Positions 63,010 through 64,000 of a stretch of DNA of 64,000 bases are shown here, piece by piece. Below the pieces are notes generated by a model. That model saw nothing but the letters and a program-made list of their open reading frames with translations. It ran no database searches and was not told the DNA's origin. Location: positions 1 through 64,000 of IMG/VR virus record IMGVR_UViG_3300047445_000186; one strand, given 5' to 3'. Made by a program: the position numbers and the translations under genes. Position 1 is the first letter of the stretch. Every line of letters begins with the position of its first letter.

Positions 63010-63699
63010 ATGACCGGATTGTTCGCCAAGGCAAAGACCCTCACCAAGCCTGTTACCGCTGCCAAGAAGCAAGAGCGCCAAGAGATTCCGGTCGCGCAGC
63101 TCCAACAGCTTTGCGAAATCAAGGCGCTCATGCAGACCCTCGAGGGTGTGTACAAGTCGCTCGAAGGCGAAGTCAAGGAAGCCGGTTTCGCCGAGTTCCT
63201 CACGATGACCCAGAACACTGGTGTTCGCCCTGACTCCTTCCGCGGCATCGATGGTATGGCTTCTGCCTCCGTCGAAATGCGCAAGCGCGGTACGAACTCG
63301 GCCCTGAACGAAGACGAGTGCAAGCTCCTCCGCGAGCACAACATCGAGCCGTTCGAACAAGAAGTCCAGAAGCAACTGTTCGCGATCAACCCCGCGTACG
63401 CCGAGCAGGAAAACCTGATGGCGAAGGTCGAAGCCGCGCTGTCCAAGGTGAAGGACCTGCCGGAAGACTTCATCGTCCAACAAGCCGGCGTGACGAAGTT
63501 CGTCGTGACCGACGAGATGATGGACAAGGCGTTCAAGAACGGCGACGGCGAAGTCCTCCGGATCGTGAGCACGATGGCCCTGAAGCCGAAGCTGAACGAA
63601 GAATACCCGATGGCCGAGCTGTTCGACAACGTGAAGAAGATCGTCCAGCCCGAAGTGAAGGCCAAGAAGGCGGTCCTCCCCGGCAAGAAGGCAGCCTAA
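63010..63699 (+). CDS. hypothetical early protein
   Basis: 229 aa, TTTACA-18-TAGAAT promoter, TAGGAG RBS. Confidence 0.75.
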   Translation: MTGLFAKAKTLTKPVTAAKKQERQEIPVAQLQQLCEIKALMQTLEGVYKSLEGEVKEAGFAEFLTMTQNTGVRPDSFRGIDGMASASVEMRKRGTNSALNEDECKLLREHNIEPFEQEVQKQLFAINPAYAEQENLMAKVEAALSKVKDLPEDFIVQQAGVTKFVVTDEMMDKAFKNGDGEVLRIVSTMALKPKLNEEYPMAELFDNVKKIVQPEVKAKKAVLPGKKAA

Positions 63700-63722
63700 G
63701 TCGAGAGATCAAGGAGATCATC

Positions 63723-63923
63723 ATGATGTACCTTGTCTCTCGCACTCCGCGCCACGAGCTCCGCCTCTCGAAGTCCATCCGCGTGACGGTCGTGCACGCA
63801 GCTTCGAAGGCCGAGGCTCTCCGCACGGCAGCCCAGAACGACCCCGCGTTCTCCGATGAGAACGACAGCTTCAACGCGGCGAAAGCCGAGCCCCTGAAGT
63901 CCTCCACCACGTACACGTTCTGA
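63723..63923 (+). CDS. hypothetical protein
   Basis: 66 aa, AAGGAG RBS. Confidence 0.6.
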   Translation: MMYLVSRTPRHELRLSKSIRVTVVHAASKAEALRTAAQNDPAFSDENDSFNAAKAEPLKSSTTYTF

Positions 63924-64000
63924 TCATGCTCGCTCCACTCGCCACTGGTCTCCGGTACGAAAGCTACTCGTATCTCTGGGCTCCCCGCCCCGAAGTCAAG

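Noticed and set aside
381-63916. Many long antisense or alternate-frame ORFs (e.g. 5859-7013, 8570-9535, 29748-31061, 32665-33681, 51781-53082, 59059-60591)
   Set aside because: They shadow well-supported genes, lack RBS and recognisable motifs, and are expected from the codon bias.
1-64000. CRISPR array, tRNA/rRNA genes, reverse transcriptase/DGR, integrase or transposase
   Set aside because: No regularly spaced repeats, cloverleafs or enzyme motifs were seen by eye; a tRNA or covariance scan was not run.
1-64000. Stop-codon reassignment as in some jumbo phages
   Set aside because: Core genes are full length in the standard code, and TAA, TGA and TAG all end genes.

Overview
A 64 kb segment of a large T4-superfamily (jumbo-type) myophage genome, standard genetic code, almost all genes on the + strand. 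It holds the head/tail morphogenesis cluster (gp26-like chaperone, tape measure, portal, prohead protease, scaffold, major capsid, fibres, neck gp13/gp14, gp15, sheath, tube, gp4, small and large terminase) under T4-like TAAATA late promoters. It also holds a recombination/nucleotide module (gp32, UvsX, UvsY, UvsW, NrdA/B, glutaredoxin), lysis genes and several islands of small early genes. Most striking is a set of degenerate copies of the phage's own morphogenesis proteins, three of four outside the structural operons: a 36-aa major-capsid segment equal to the T4 Gol-peptide region (24/36 identical, with heavy synonymous divergence), a catalytically dead prohead-protease paralog, a tail-tube paralog inside the nrd operon and a nuclease-less terminase ATPase. 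Each matches a known trigger class of bacterial immunity, so a decoy role is a testable hypothesis. Also notable: about 10 proteins with capsid-targeting-like N-termini (including four ADP-ribosyltransferase-fold domains, an amidoligase and an AAA+ ATPase), an Acb1-like phosphodiesterase, HD-Pnk, a D-amino acid dehydrogenase and a candidate -1 frameshift. All annotations come from motif recognition by eye; no database searches were run.
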